A stretch of 48,729 bases of DNA from Chiloscyllium plagiosum (Eukaryota): contig NC_057718.1 in assembly GCF_004010195.1 (NCBI RefSeq), positions 65,369,815 through 65,418,543 of the forward strand. Direction: 5' to 3'. The notes under the pieces were generated by a model, which was not told the origin of the DNA, searched no databases, and saw only the letters and a list, made by a program, of their open reading frames with translations. The position numbers were made by a program, and so were the translations under genes. Shown here in pieces: positions 33,163 to 45,401 of this stretch. Each line of letters starts with the position of its first letter. Position 1 is the stretch's first letter.

Positions 33163-36100
33163 GATGGAATTAGACATCTTGCAGGGGTTGTTTGGAGTAG
33201 TTTGTTTCCAGGCAAAGGGACCTCTGGCAAGTGGGAGGCCTTTAAAAAGTTAGATTGCTAGAGTTCAAGGTCTATATGTTTCTGTGATGATGAAGGGCAC
33301 AGTTGGCAGGAATAGGAAACACTGGATAAAAAGCGATATTGAGACTTTGACCAGAAAACAAAGGAGACATGGCTCGGTTACAGGCAGCAGGGATCAAGGG
33401 AATCCCTGGAGGTATACAGGGAATATAGGAGTTTACTGAAGAAGGAAATCAGGAGGGTGAAAAGGGGGCAAGCCTTGGCTGAGAAGATTAGGGTGAATCC
33501 AAAAAAGTTTATTATATATATTAAAGGAAAAAGAATAGGACCCCTCAAAGGCCAAAGTGGGCCATGTGTATGTAGAACCGCACGAGATGGATGAGGTCCT
33601 CAATGAATATTTCTCCTCCACGTTTACCGTGGAGAAAGACATGAAGACTTGGGAAGTTGGGGAATTTTGTGGTGATATCTTGGAGACTGTCCATATCACA
33701 GTAGAGGAGGTGATGGATGTGTTAGAATGTATGAAGGTGGATAAAACTCCTGGTCCTGACCAGATAAACGCAAGAACCCTGCAAGAGGCTAGAGAATGAA
33801 TTGCGGGGGCCCTGGATGATATTTTTGCATCATCATTAGCCACAGGTGAGGATCCAGAAGACTGGAGGGTAACAAATGTTGTGACCTTATTCAAGCAGGG
33901 CTCAAAGAAAAACTTGGGAACAAGGGAACAGCAGTCCCCGTGTATAATGATATACATGCATTTGGAAAGACAGGATTTGATTAGGAGTGGTCAGCATGGC
34001 TTTGTGAGTGAGAGATCATGCCCTCACAAATTTGTTAGAGTTCTTTGATAAAATGACCAGGAAGGTTGATGAAGGTAGGGTGGTAGATGTCTATAAAAAT
34101 TTTAGTAAGGCCTTTGATAAGGTTCCACCAGATGTAGGCTGCTCTGAAAGATTAGATGGCATGGAATCCAGGGGGAATTGGCAAATAGGATACACCATCG
34201 GCTTGATGGTAGGAGGCAGCGACAATAGTGAAAGAATGCTTGTCAGACTGGAGGCCTGTGACTTGTGGTGTGCCTCAGGCTTTGGTGCTGGACTCATTGC
34301 AGTTTGTTATCTATATCAATGATTTGAATGAGAATGCACAAGGCATAATTAGTAAATTTGCAGATGACACTACAATAGAAGGTATCGTGAACAGTCAGGA
34401 AGGTTATCAGATATTACAGCAGGATCTTGATCATCTGGGGAAGTGGACAGAGAAATGGCAAATGGGGTTTAATATAGATAAGTGTGAGGTCTTCCATTTT
34501 GCAAAGTCAAATCAAGGTAGGAATTTAAGAAGTGTAGTGAAACAGAGAGACCTTGGAGTTTAGGAGCACGGTTCTCTGAAAGTGGAGTCACAGGTAGACA
34601 GGGCAGTGATGACGGCTTTTGGCACACTGGTTTTCATCAGTCAGGGCATTGAGAATAGAAGGTGGGAAGTTATGCTGCACTGGACATTGGTGAGACAGCA
34701 CTTGGAGTATTGTGTTCAGTTTTGGTCACCTTGCTATAGGAAGGATGTCATTAAACTGGAAAGAGGGCAGAAGAAACTTACAAGGATGTTGCCAGGACTC
34801 AAGGGCCTGAGTTATAAGGAGAGGTTGGACAAGCTAGGATTTTTTCTTTGGAGCGTAGGAGACTGAGTGGAAATCTTTTAGAAGTGTTTAAGATCATGAG
34901 AGGCATGGATAGGGTGAATGCACTCAGTCTTTTTCCCCAGGGTTGGGGAATTGAAGAGTGGAGGGCGTCATTTTAAGGTTAGAAGGGAAAGAATAAAAGG
35001 GAACCTAAGGGCAACCTTTTTACATGGATGGTAGTATGCATTTGGAATAAACTGTCAACAGGAGTGGTTGACACAGGTACATTTAAAATGCATTTGGCAA
35101 AATACATGGATAGGAAAGGTTTAGAAGGATATGGGCCAAATGTAGGAAGTGGGGTTAGTGTGGATGGACATTTTGGGCGGTGTGGACCAGTTTGGACCAA
35201 AGGGCCTGTCTCCATACTGTAGGACTCTATGATTCTATGACATTCAGCCTCCGATATTCGGGTAAGCATCCTCTAATGTGAGCTTCAAGATACACAACAA
35301 TGCAGAAACTGATAGCCAAGTACTGTACCCATGAAGACAGATCAACTGTGATTTTGGGTTCAAGCCATGCTACATGTAACCCCACGATACTGTTCTGTAT
35401 TTTAAAAATCTTCCTTACTGTCCTGTTTTGACACCACCACCTTGATAACTTGTCATGATCTCTCTACCTTAATGAATTTGTATAGTTTTTGGATTATTTG
35501 TTACTTTGGTTATGCCCTTGGAATGCAACTCTTATACCTATCATGTTATTCTAACCATTTGGTTTATCATTAGCATCATCTTATTTTTAATTTTTTGTAG
35601 TAATCTTTTTGCCTCAATTAATTATAATGTAAGTCATCCCTTCACTTGCTATTCAGCTATTGACACTTTATTCACATCATCTGAACCTTTTGATCACCTG
35701 CAGGTACTTGTTATTCAGCCTGTCAACACTCCATTCTCACCTTTGTATGATCTTTTGATTTCTCTGCCTATAAATTTTATGCCTATGTGCTTCGCTTCAT
35801 CTCACCCGATGCGGGGCAGCCCTTCGAAAGCTTGTGATTTCAAATGAACCTGTTACACTATAACCTGGTGTTGTGTGATTTCTGAGCTTGTCCACCCCAG
35901 TCCAACACCAGCATCTCCACCCCATAATCCTCAACACTGGTGCTTTGCATCGCTGCATACTCAGCCCCCTACTATACTCATTATACACTCACAATTGTGT
36001 GGTCAAATTCCGTCCCAACTCCATTTGCAAGTTTTCTGATGACCCCACTGTTGTAGGTCAGATCTCAAATAACGATGATTCAGAATATAGGAAAGAGACT

Positions 36101-36312
36101 GAATGCTTAAGCGGCATGGCATAAAAACAACAACCTCTTCTTCAACGCTAACAAAATTAATGAGCTGGTCTTTGACGTCAGGAAGTGGACTGGAGGGCAC
36201 ACCCCATCTGCCTCAATGGTGCTGAGGTGAAGATGGTTGAGAGTATGAAGTTCCTGGAAATGATGATCACAACAATTTGCCCTGGTCCACCTATGTCGAT
36301 GTGATGGTCAAG

Positions 36313-36996
36313 AAAGCACAACAATGTCTCCATTTCCACAGGAAGCTAAGGAAATTTGGCATGTTCATGAAGACTCTTACCAATTTTCATGACTTGGAGA
36401 TGCCGGTGTTGGACTGGGGTGTACAAAGTTAAAAATCACAACACCAGGTAATAGTCCAACAGATTTAATTGGAAGCACATTTGTAGGGTGAATTTGTACT
36501 TGCAGAGTTACTTGTACTTTGCTCAAAAACTGCATGGATCTATGTAAGACTCTGTCAACTCACTTTTTAGATTAGAATCAGTCTAACCATAGTGTGTGTT
36601 AGGTTAAAGGGGTAAATGTAGGAGTATGGGTGGGTTGCGCTTCGGCGGGTCGGTGTGGACTTGTTGGGCCGAAGGGCCTGTTTCCACACTGTAAGTAATC
36701 TAATCTAATCTAAAAAAAAGCACAACAATGTCTCTACTTCCACAGGAAGCTAAGGAAATTTGGCATGTTCATGAAGACTCTTACCAATTTTCATGATTTG
36801 GAGATGCCGGTGTTGGACTGGGGTGTACAAAGTTAAAAATCACACAACACCAGGTTATAGTCCAACAGGTTTAATTGGAAGCACATTTGTAGGGTGAATT
36901 TGTACTTGCAGAGTTACTTGTACTTTGCTCAAAAACTGCATGAATCTATGTAAGACTCTGTCAACTCACTTTTTAGATTAGAATCAGTCTAAACAT
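36313..36996 (+). repeat. About 280-bp direct duplication (36313-36590, 36717-36996) flanking an HE1 SINE 3' fragment (36591-36716)
   Basis: Copies differ at about 8 positions. The SINE tail ends gtaagtaatctaatctaatctaa. Confidence 0.9.
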
Positions 36997-37352
36997 TATG
37001 GCACTGACAGGGAACATAAGGGGCTAGCACCTTCAACATCTCAACATCTTATCTGCGCTGACACCAATTGTTAAAGTTAACCTGAGAATGTAACTTTTTC
37101 AAAAAGTTTTATGATTTACATATGAAAGAAGTGAAACTAACATGGTCATTCTAACAGATGAGAGACTTAACAAACAATCAAGGTATTTTTCAATGTATAA
37201 TTTCAGTTACATCACACTGTAAACTTTTGCTATAAATTCTGTGTCTTACAATTGTGTCCTCCACAACCACCTGATGAAGGAGCGGCGCTCCGAAAGCTAT
37301 TGTGCTTCCAATTAAACCTGTTGGACTATAACCTGGTGTTGTGTGGTTTTTA
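36796..37352 (+). mobile_element. Non-autonomous PLE with inverted 5' pLTR and hammerhead-bearing 3' pLTR
   Basis: About 55-bp inverted arms; 13-bp TSD accaattttcatg (36783-36795, 37353-37365). Confidence 0.9.
37268..37304 (+). ncRNA. Minimal type-I hammerhead ribozyme motif
   Basis: cac-CTGATGA-a-GGAGC-ggc-GCTCC-GAAA-gc-TA; core intact. Confidence 0.75.
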
Positions 37353-38964
37353 ACCAATTTTCATGGATGCATCATAGACAGCATCCTATCTGGATGTATC
37401 ACAGTGTGGTATGGCAACTTCTTCTCAAGACGACAAGAAACGCAGCCCATTCCATCACACAAGCCTGCCTTCCATCCATTCACACCATCTATACTTCCCG
37501 CTGCCTCGACAAAGCGACCAACATAATCAAAAACCCCTCCCACCCCGTTTATACTTTCTTTCACCTTCTTCCATCTGGCAAAAGTTTGAATACACGTATG
37601 AATAGATTCGAGAACAGATTCTTCTCTGTTATCAGACTTTTGAATGGACCTCTCAAATGTTCATTTAGATCTCTCTCTGCACCTTCTCTGTGGCATTAAT
37701 ACTATTCTGTACTCTGTTTTTATCCTGATGCACTTTGCATTGTATAATATATACAATTTGCTTGTATAGTACGCAAACCAACTTTTCACTGTTCCTTGGT
37801 GCATGTGACAATAATAAATCAAACTCACATTCAAACTCAACATGGATGTACAGTTGGTTTGCTAGAAAATATTCAGCTTAACTCAGGGAATTTATAAACA
37901 GCCAAGCTGTATTCCTTTATTCCACAGTGTATTTGATCATTCATTCAGTCGATCAATAAATCTAACTGATTGTGTAAGTTCTCTCATTCAAAACAACAGC
38001 AGGAATTTTTACCCTTCAAACTCATTAAAATGTGTTTTACCCTTTCACGTCTCTTTTTCCTCAGTATCACCAAGTGATGCATCACTGGAAAATAGTTCTC
38101 CGATTTAAGCATGGCGCAAGAATTAACTTATGTATAGAGTCCAGGCTTGACTGCCACCCTACTTCAATGGAAAGGATAAGAAGCACAGCAGGGATCTGCA
38201 AGGATGGTCTGGGTAGTCACGTACCTAGATCGTGAGAGAAGGTAAACAATTGTCTTGGCCTTTTCTGAAGACCTTCACATAGTTACTTGCTTGGGCAGGA
38301 TTAACAGTTTATGATTTACACAGTCTGGGGTTTAAGTAATGTTTGGGTTTGAATGATACCATCAGGCCTCAACATTTGCAGGACACTCAGCCTTTTGCTT
38401 ACTGGAGTGAAGGCCCCATATTCTGCACAAAACACATTTATTGAATGATGTGAGTTCCATGCAGCTGATATTTTCACACCTCTCATGTCCTGTGCCCATC
38501 AAGTACATCACAAGGTCAAAATCAGAGCTTTAATAATCATTCCTTAGTACTCATCTAAACTGATATAATCTTGGCATTAAAAGATTTGCGAAGACGTCAC
38601 TCTGATTTTCTCTGTTAGAGAAGAGCCAGGTCTCTGCTGGGATTCTTTAGCAGTGATGCAGGATTTCAGACCTTGTTATTTGGACCTTGCTATTTTGTCA
38701 CTTTGCAGGTACAACAATATTTGGTTATCTCTCCATCTGTACTCCTTCAATTTCCCTTTCCCTTATTTTTTCCAAAGGCACTAATTTTAGCAATGGTTAC
38801 ATTTCACTAATGCTGCTCATCCTCTGATACCCTGTCCACTTAGGCATCTACATCTGTGTGACAAAATTGATAGGTGGCCATTTGGTTGAAGCACATTTTG
38901 AAGTGTGTTTGCTGTATAAGCAGCATGTGGTGCAAGTACAACATTAAAGTACTACACTACTACC

Positions 38965-39160
38965 CGAAAGGACATTAGTGAACCAGATGGGTTTTTCCTA
39001 ACAATCATCAATGGGTTTATGGTCATTGTTAGAACTCCTAATTCCAGATTTTTATTGAATTCAAACTTCACCATCTGCTGTGGTGGGATTTGAACTTGGC
39101 ATCCCCAGAACATTACATAGATCTCTGGATTAATGGTCCAGCAACAATATTGCTAGGCTC
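38965..39160 (-). mobile_element. tRNA-derived SINE fragment (family of 15440-15765)
   Basis: aaggacattagtgaaccagatggg..gggatttgaac..ctctggattaatggtccagc. Confidence 0.75.
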
Positions 39161-40370
39161 CCTATGTCCACTCTTCAATGATCACTGCTGACAACCATGA
39201 CAAACATTGTGTCTGTGCTCAAAAGGTCCTTTACTTTCAGAATGACACGGCAAAGCACAAAAAGGCAAGGCAGAGATGCTGTGAGTACCCAAGTAGGCAC
39301 AAAGCACTAGGTCAGAAAGCAAGCATCTCTGAGGTGCACCGCAATCCAATCAATGAGATGGGTACTTGAAAGCTGTCGGTGTGCTCCAAAGTGTAGCATT
39401 GAAGTGGAGAGTTGTATTGTAACTGGGTTGAAGATGTGTCTTGAGGATGTGATGAATCTCCTCCATTTCTGGTACCAAACCTTGTGGACAGGGTTGTGCC
39501 AGTGGTTGCTGCCCACCCTAAGGTGTTGGTAGTTCCTATCCAAGATGGAAGCCCAGAGGAGCAAGTGTCAAGCTGGAATCTGATTCATGCCAATCTCACT
39601 GTATTTTCCAAACAGACCTGCCATTGTCCATTTTGTTCAGGGACTGGGAAAGTTCTGCTGTTCATTCTGTTTCTGTCCATTATATTACAATATTGCTGGG
39701 AGGGGGTATTAATGCTTCATACGGGACAACAGGGGGCAATATGTAACATTGGGGCATCATCAGTGCGGCTTAGGCATGGGTAGTAAAGGAAAGAAAAAAA
39801 GCAGGGATCGAGAGAGAAAAAACTGTTCCTTCCTCTTTAAAAATACAAAATTTATTCTTGGTTATTCTCACTCTAACCACTGTCAATAGATTTTATACTC
39901 CTACTCAGCTACATAGCTTTAAGACAGAAACACACAGCAGACCAACTGCGAGGGGTTGCATCTAGTCTGCCTGGGGGAAACCAAGGGAAAAACATGAACC
40001 AATGATTTCAAAATGTCTCTGTGCCACTAAAACTTTCCGTGACTAGACAACATATGGCAGGAATTATTGTCTTATTAATTTAAATTTGATGATTATCGTT
40101 TAAAGTTTTAGCTTGGCAAAGAGATTTTTTTTGTTAGTGCTACCTCTTCTCAAGGGAACTATGTAGATGCTCTGTTAGTATTGAGCTAGACACCCCAAGG
40201 CAAGAATATGTTTATAGCATAATGCTGTAACAGTGGTGGCGTTACAATATTATTAACATTGTGTTATATTTATCAAGTCTATAGTGTAAACATATTGGCA
40301 GTTGTGAATCCTTTGATGCCTTGTTTGAATTAAATCTGTTATTCAGAGATCAGAAGGAATTATACCATAC

Positions 40371-40442
40371 CTTTTAATTAGCACCTTAACACCAAATCCA
40401 CTACTAATTTACAACAAATTTGCAGCTGAACTATACATGATT
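40371..40442 (-). pseudogene. Candidate exon of decayed host gene (72 nt, symmetric, one stop)
   Basis: tttttctacag|SCIVQLQICCKLVVDLVLRC*LK|gtatgg. Confidence 0.5.
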
Positions 40443-40574
40443 CTGTAGAAAAACAGCCCGGAGCTGTATGTGTTTGGTATCAAAGTGATATCCAACATAT
40501 TGTTTTGGATACTGTTATTTAATGTTTATTCTTCAGACAGCTAGAAGATTATTAACCTAAATCCTGTTGTTAGC

Positions 40575-40718
40575 CATGATGTGGAGGTGCTGGTGTTGGA
40601 CTGGGGTCGACAAAGTTAAAAATCACACAACACCAAGTTATATTCCCACAGATTTATTTGGAAGTACTTCCTAATAAAGCTGTTGGACTATAACCTGATG
40701 TTGTGTGATCTTTAACTA
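40575..40718. mobile_element. Short palindromic PLE pLTR derivative
   Basis: gttaaaaatcacacaacacc..ggaagtacttcc..gttgtgtgatctttaac. Confidence 0.8.
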
Positions 40719-40975
40719 AATTTTGTTAACAGTAGGTTTTATAATTGGAAAAATTGAATGCTAATAAATCATTGTAACTTCAGAAATGTTTTGCTGTTTC
40801 ATAGACTGAGTAAAATTTAACATGTTTTATTTGATTAAAGAACAATGATTTGGGGAGTATTTTTGCTAGCTTTTACTATTGAAAAGAAAAGGGCAAATAG
40901 AAGCCAGTTTGTTAACATGTGATCAAGAGCTACTGAGTTGGTAACAGCCATTAAAAGTAGTTTGTTCTTTGTTAA

Positions 40976-41213
40976 TGAAATAACTCCACAGAAACCAGTA
41001 CTCCATCACCAAGTCACCCCTTTATTTATACATGGAGAGCCCTTGACACTGATCCAGCACCCTCAAAGCCAGCTTTCAGAGTGAACAGAATATCTGACAC
41101 TCCTGTTTTTCTTTGTTAGCCAGGACTCCCTGATGGGACCAGATTAACCAGTCCCAATCAGGGAACTCACATTCTATGAGGCCGACCTGACTGACCTCGT
41201 TACAATCACTACA
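40976..41213 (-). mobile_element. Solo LTR (238 bp), probably Gypsy-type
   Basis: TG...CA ends; 5-bp TSD gttaa/gtgaa (one mismatch); AATAAA on the minus strand at about 41022. Confidence 0.75.
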
Positions 41214-41404
41214 GTGAACGCATGTTTAAGGTTGACCTTCATCTTATGGTTAAATATTCTGCTGATTTCCACTGTGAATGTTAACATGAAAAAAATACAA
41301 TTCAATAAATGTTAACTTGAACCCATTGAAGTATACCTCAGCAAGGTCAATATCTATCCTTTGGTTAGCTTTAATAAAATAGATTTTTCAGTCCTTGTTA
41401 TTTC

Positions 41405-41552
41405 TACAACTTTGGTATGTGCGCATTTGCTGTTCATGTTTCCCTACATTTCAACAGGGACTACACTTCAAAAGTACTTCATTGGTTGTAAAATGCTTTA
41501 GGACATCCTGTGATTGTAGAAAGCAGTACATAAATGAAAGAACTTTCCTTTA
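41405..41552 (+). mobile_element. Ancient SINE 3' part (Deu/Sac-SINE-like, L2-type tail)
   Basis: actacacttcaaaagtacttcattggttgtaaaatgctttaggacatcctg..ataaatg; a more decayed copy lies at about 16085-16205. Confidence 0.7.
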
Positions 41553-42279
41553 ACATGTCAAGACTTCTGACATTTTTGGAGCTACACCAGGAGATATATA
41601 AAGCAGTACACAGAGGAAAGTTTCACGTTGTCAGTGTGTTCTGCTCCCAGAAAATCTCCTGGTTAAAGCAATTATACTCAATTGAACCTTTTATATATAA
41701 AAAACACTTTGGGCACATGGATGAAGCAAAGCAAGGGAAAGAATTTCCACAATGTGACTGCTGCGTTGTGGAAAAGAAAACAGTGGCACGTGATGAGGTG
41801 TGTACATGTGCCTACTGTGCCTAGTCTTTCGATACTTTCACAGCTTGAAACACAAAGGCATCAGCAGGTGATGGAAAATAAGTATAATAAAAATACTTGA
41901 TGACAACATCTGTGATAAGTATCCCAAAGAATCAATCCCCCAAAATACTGTGGATGAACTAACACATTGGTGATTTTCTGCACCACAGTCAAGTTGCATA
42001 CACATATTATTTGCTTTCAAAACAGCATTGTCTAAACAGGCTGTCTAAATAAAGGCACAGAGTAATATTAATATCTGCTTCAGTGTTTTACTTCAACAGT
42101 TAGTTTTAGAAACAGAATGTTGCAAATACCTAAAAAATGACTACAGTACAATGAAAAATTAAAACTTAATGGGTCTATGCAGAAAGACTATTTTCACATT
42201 ATTATCTTGAATAAAATTCAAATTAAATTTCATTTCTACTGTTCCTTGCACTTTTAAATATTATATTTAATATGCTTAC

Positions 42280-42719
42280 GGCGGTATACTAAGCCAAAAC
42301 TGTTTCTAAGTGAATCTGTCCGTTTCAAATGTATTGTGAAGGATGTGGGATCAAGCTGCAGGTGGATAGGAATGTGCAAATGTAATTCCTCAAACTGGGC
42401 CTGAGCCAAGATGGCAGACTCAATGGAGACCATTTTTCCGTTGTTTAAAAAAAAATGTTGAATTGTAAGCAGATATCTTTGCAAACATATGTCCTACAGT
42501 TGCAAGTTATTGGCAAGGAGATAGTTGCAGTAACTTCTGTGCCATGGCAGCATATTCAGTAGAATAAAATTTCTCTGTATCAAGTATTTCCTGTGCATTT
42601 TTTTGAAAGAATTTTCTTGCCTCCCTTGGTACTCAAAACGAGGTTTTGGCTCCTGCCAGTACAATCTTCTCAAAATATCATGGTTACTTCAGGCAATTGT
42701 TTATTCTTCTTATGGGAGC
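42280..42719 (-). pseudogene. Candidate large exon of decayed host gene (FERM-like; 3 inferred frameshifts, stop)
   Basis: tgttccctag|GSHKKNKQLPEVTMIF/LRRLYWQEPKPRFEYQ/EARKFFQKNAQEILDTEKFYSTEYAAMAQKLLQLSPCQ*LATVGHMFAKISAYNSTFFF/NNGKMVSIESAILAQAQFEELHLHIPIHLQLDPTSFTIHLKRTDSLRNSFGLVYR|gtaagc. Confidence 0.6.
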
Positions 42720-42989
42720 CTAGGGAACAATAACCATGTTCAACTCAACAAATGAAGCACATCAAATCCAAATGCAGCTTCTAAACATGATACATCCAAC
42801 AGGCATTGTTAGATATTGGTGAAGAATGGAAATTTAATTCCCTTATCTGGAGTTGAAAGATGAGTTGATTGATCCCTAACAGAGGGGAGCTTTGCCCGTT
42901 ACAAGGTTTTATAATGAAAATATTGAAGTTACTTTGAGGTCACTGGAAGTAAATACACTATTAAAGTAGTATCAATACATACAGATAAA

Positions 42990-43620
42990 GGTTCCTGATT
43001 TGTGGTGGTTCCTGCACTCCTGCGTGGCTCTGTGTTGGACTGACTATAGCAGATACATCAAGATTTTGGAGCAGTACCACTAACACTGCCTGTGCAAGAT
43101 TCTGCAAATCTGCTTGGAGAAAGATGCACCAACACCAGCATCCTCGACCAGGACAATATACCCAGCATCGAGGCACTGACCACCCTTGATTGGCTACGAT
43201 GGGCTGTGCATGTCATCCGCATGCTGACATGAAACTCCCCAAGCAGGTACTCTACTTCCAGTTTCAAAGTGGCAGGCGAGCCTCAGGTGGACAGAGAAAG
43301 CATTTTTAAGATACCTTCAAGGCCTCACAGATGAAGTGTGGCATTTCCACAGACATCTGGGATTCATTGGCCAAAGGCCATCCAACGTGGAGAAGGAGCA
43401 TTTAGGAATGCGCTCAGCATTTCAAGACTTGTCATCAGGCAAAAGTGGAAGCCAAGTGAAAACAGTGTAAAGAGCGCACTGCCACAACACCCCACTCACC
43501 CCTTCCTGTAACCAGAGTTACAGGAAGGGGTGAGTGTATCAGAGTTTAAGGAAGCCGCATTGGTCTGTACAGCCACCTATGGACTAACCCTGAGAATGGG
43601 TTAGGGACCTTGTCTGATAG
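42990..43620 (+). mobile_element. RTE-clade LINE 3' fragment
   Basis: Degraded IKILEQYH..CLCKILQI..PSIEAL..LRWA.HVIRM..LPKQVLY..G.R.SGGQRKHF..RIGLYSHL. Confidence 0.85.
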
Positions 43621-43639
43621 GGACCACAATGATGGCTGC

Positions 43640-43815
43640 TTGGAAATGTTGTGGACACAAGTTCAATTGAGGCATTCAAGAGAGTATTGAGTTATTGTTT
43701 CCATTTAACTAATGTGCAGGTTTTTGGGGGAAATGCAGGAAATTGGCACCAAGTTAAAATGTTCAGACATCAACTGTCGATATGGTGGGCTGAATGGCCT
43801 CCACCTGCACCATAA
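43640..43815 (+). mobile_element. Old CR1 3' tail fragment
   Basis: aattgaggcattcaagaga..gggctgaatggcctcc. Confidence 0.6.
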
Positions 43816-44718
43816 TAATGCAAAGTACTGACATGTAGGAGCAATTGTCTGGAGCTTCAATTTTATGTTTTGTTTACAAGTTATATTTTCCACTGATACA
43901 GTTAGTAAATAGTAATCTGATTTTAATTACTCTGGAAAACTACATTGTGAACATCTAGTTCATAATCCATATGTTTTAGAATATAAGGAGTCAGAAATAC
44001 CTAGTTGTGATGTCTACAAAGAAACTGTTTAGCAAAGAAAAATGGAAGAATCCCCATACATATTGCACTTTGGGGAAAGTTTGAATATTGAGGAGAATAA
44101 AAATGGATTACACCTACCTGTGGCAAACCACAGGAATGAACCTTTATTACATTCTAAGATAAGGAAAGTCTTGGTAAGGGGAGTGACAAAGTTAAAAGCA
44201 GAACTGTGTTTATAAGGGAAGTCCTTATAAATACTAAGTCAATAGTGCTTACTTTATTTAATTCTTTTTGATATTCAATAAACCTTGTTTTTGTCTGGGC
44301 ACATGAAATCTTGTGACATTGCTTGAGTGGTTAATTGCTTCAAAGATTAACAATCCCCATCAAGATTGCAATATCTGTTATATCATTGGCTACTCCTTAA
44401 GAAAGGATCTGTTGTGTGGGTCACTATTTCTTTGTGTCTTAAAATAAACCGACAATTTCATTCATTTCAATGAGTTTTAAGTAATAGCTTTTTTTTCCTC
44501 AAAGTTAGTTCTGTGTATCCCCTTCTTAATCCTCAGTGAGAGACAGAGGGTCACAGATAATATTGCATTGAAGTTTACATCGATCTACACAGAATGTAGA
44601 GCAGTGGAATAAACTATTTGGTCTGACTGGTCAATGTTGCTGTTGACGCATGACATGAATATCCTTTCATTCCACTTGCTTCATTTCAGCATATTTTGTA
44701 ATAATATTCTTGTGTTAC

Positions 44719-44796
44719 CTAACTGTAATTCAAATGAGCTACCTATATATGGATTCCATTTGCTTAAGATTTCTGATAGGTTTGTTTACAGCTCAG
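44719..44796 (-). pseudogene. Candidate exon of decayed host gene (phase 1 to 1, one stop)
   Basis: ttgtttattctag|EL*TNLSEILSKWNPYIGSSFELQL|gtaaca; 78 nt. Confidence 0.55.
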
Positions 44797-45401
44797 CTAG
44801 AATAAACAATACAGAGTAATCTCAAAACACCTTGGAAAACAGAAAGCCTGTGACCTGTAGCCATGTGCCAGGTTTTACATGTTTGCCTCATTTCCAATTG
44901 AGCTCTTAAAGAGCCATTATTCCAACCAAGCATAACGTTTTTTTTCTGTCATATATTCAATTAGTTTCATTTTGTAATGTTTCCGTTCTGGTGCCAGCCT
45001 TTTTTTGCACATTCTCCAGTTTTTGTACGTTCTTTTTAGCGAATGGAAACTCTAGCTGTTCACTGTAACTTAAATATGGCTTGACTAGAATTCTATACAT
45101 GTTTTACATAACTTTATTATTTTTTAATTTTATACTCCTAGAAATAAATCACATTGGAATTTTTAGTTATGACATCAGTCGAGACCAATAAAGGAGAAAT
45201 TGGAAATTGTAGTTAGCTGTTGAAAATGAAAACCACAAGATTCCATGGTTTGAAACAAAATCATCCTACTATGTAGGAATCAAACTCAATCAAAATACTG
45301 TCTTCGCTAACTGTCAAGTCCTAAAACACAGAATTGAGATAAATTAAAACACAAATTCACAGACAAAAAGTGCAGCCAATTGTTAACTATACATTACATA
45401 C

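Larger units (their letters stand above)
28723..35238 (+). mobile_element. 5'-truncated CR1 (28723-28794 plus 33163-35238) split by a full-length CR1
   Basis: Reading WGKANF|DGIR is continuous across the inner element. RT motifs at 34000-34860; tail ctctatgattctatga. Confidence 0.85.
28268..35921 (+). mobile_element. Penelope-like element (28268-28722 plus 35239-35921) split by a CR1
   Basis: GIY-YIG region (CRQGCPKAWYIGKT..RMNRH). The CR1 is flanked by the 8-bp TSD gacattca (28715-28722, 35239-35246). pLTR with decayed hammerhead at about 35803-35835. Confidence 0.85.
27915..37835 (+). mobile_element. Rex1/Babar-type LINE split into 27915-28267, 35922-36390 and 37366-37835 by nested insertions
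   Basis: [30 protein letters not shown], then IILNTGA..CILSPLLYSLYTH..KFSDD, then IIDSILSGCITVWYGN..RFENRFFSVIRLLN; tail aataaatcaaactc. Confidence 0.9.

Noticed and set aside
41534..41900. Cys-containing ORFs (96 and 72 aa)
   Set aside because: Start in or near a SINE tail, with no splice signals or recognisable domain.
42280..42719. Assigning the symbol KRIT1, FRMD8 or a myosin to the decayed gene
   Set aside because: Only motif-order similarity; the downstream exons do not match those proteins as I know them.
44005..44375. Possible old solo LTR (TG start, TATA- and AATAAA-like sites)
   Set aside because: No clear CA end or TSD; AT-rich sequence gives such motifs by chance.
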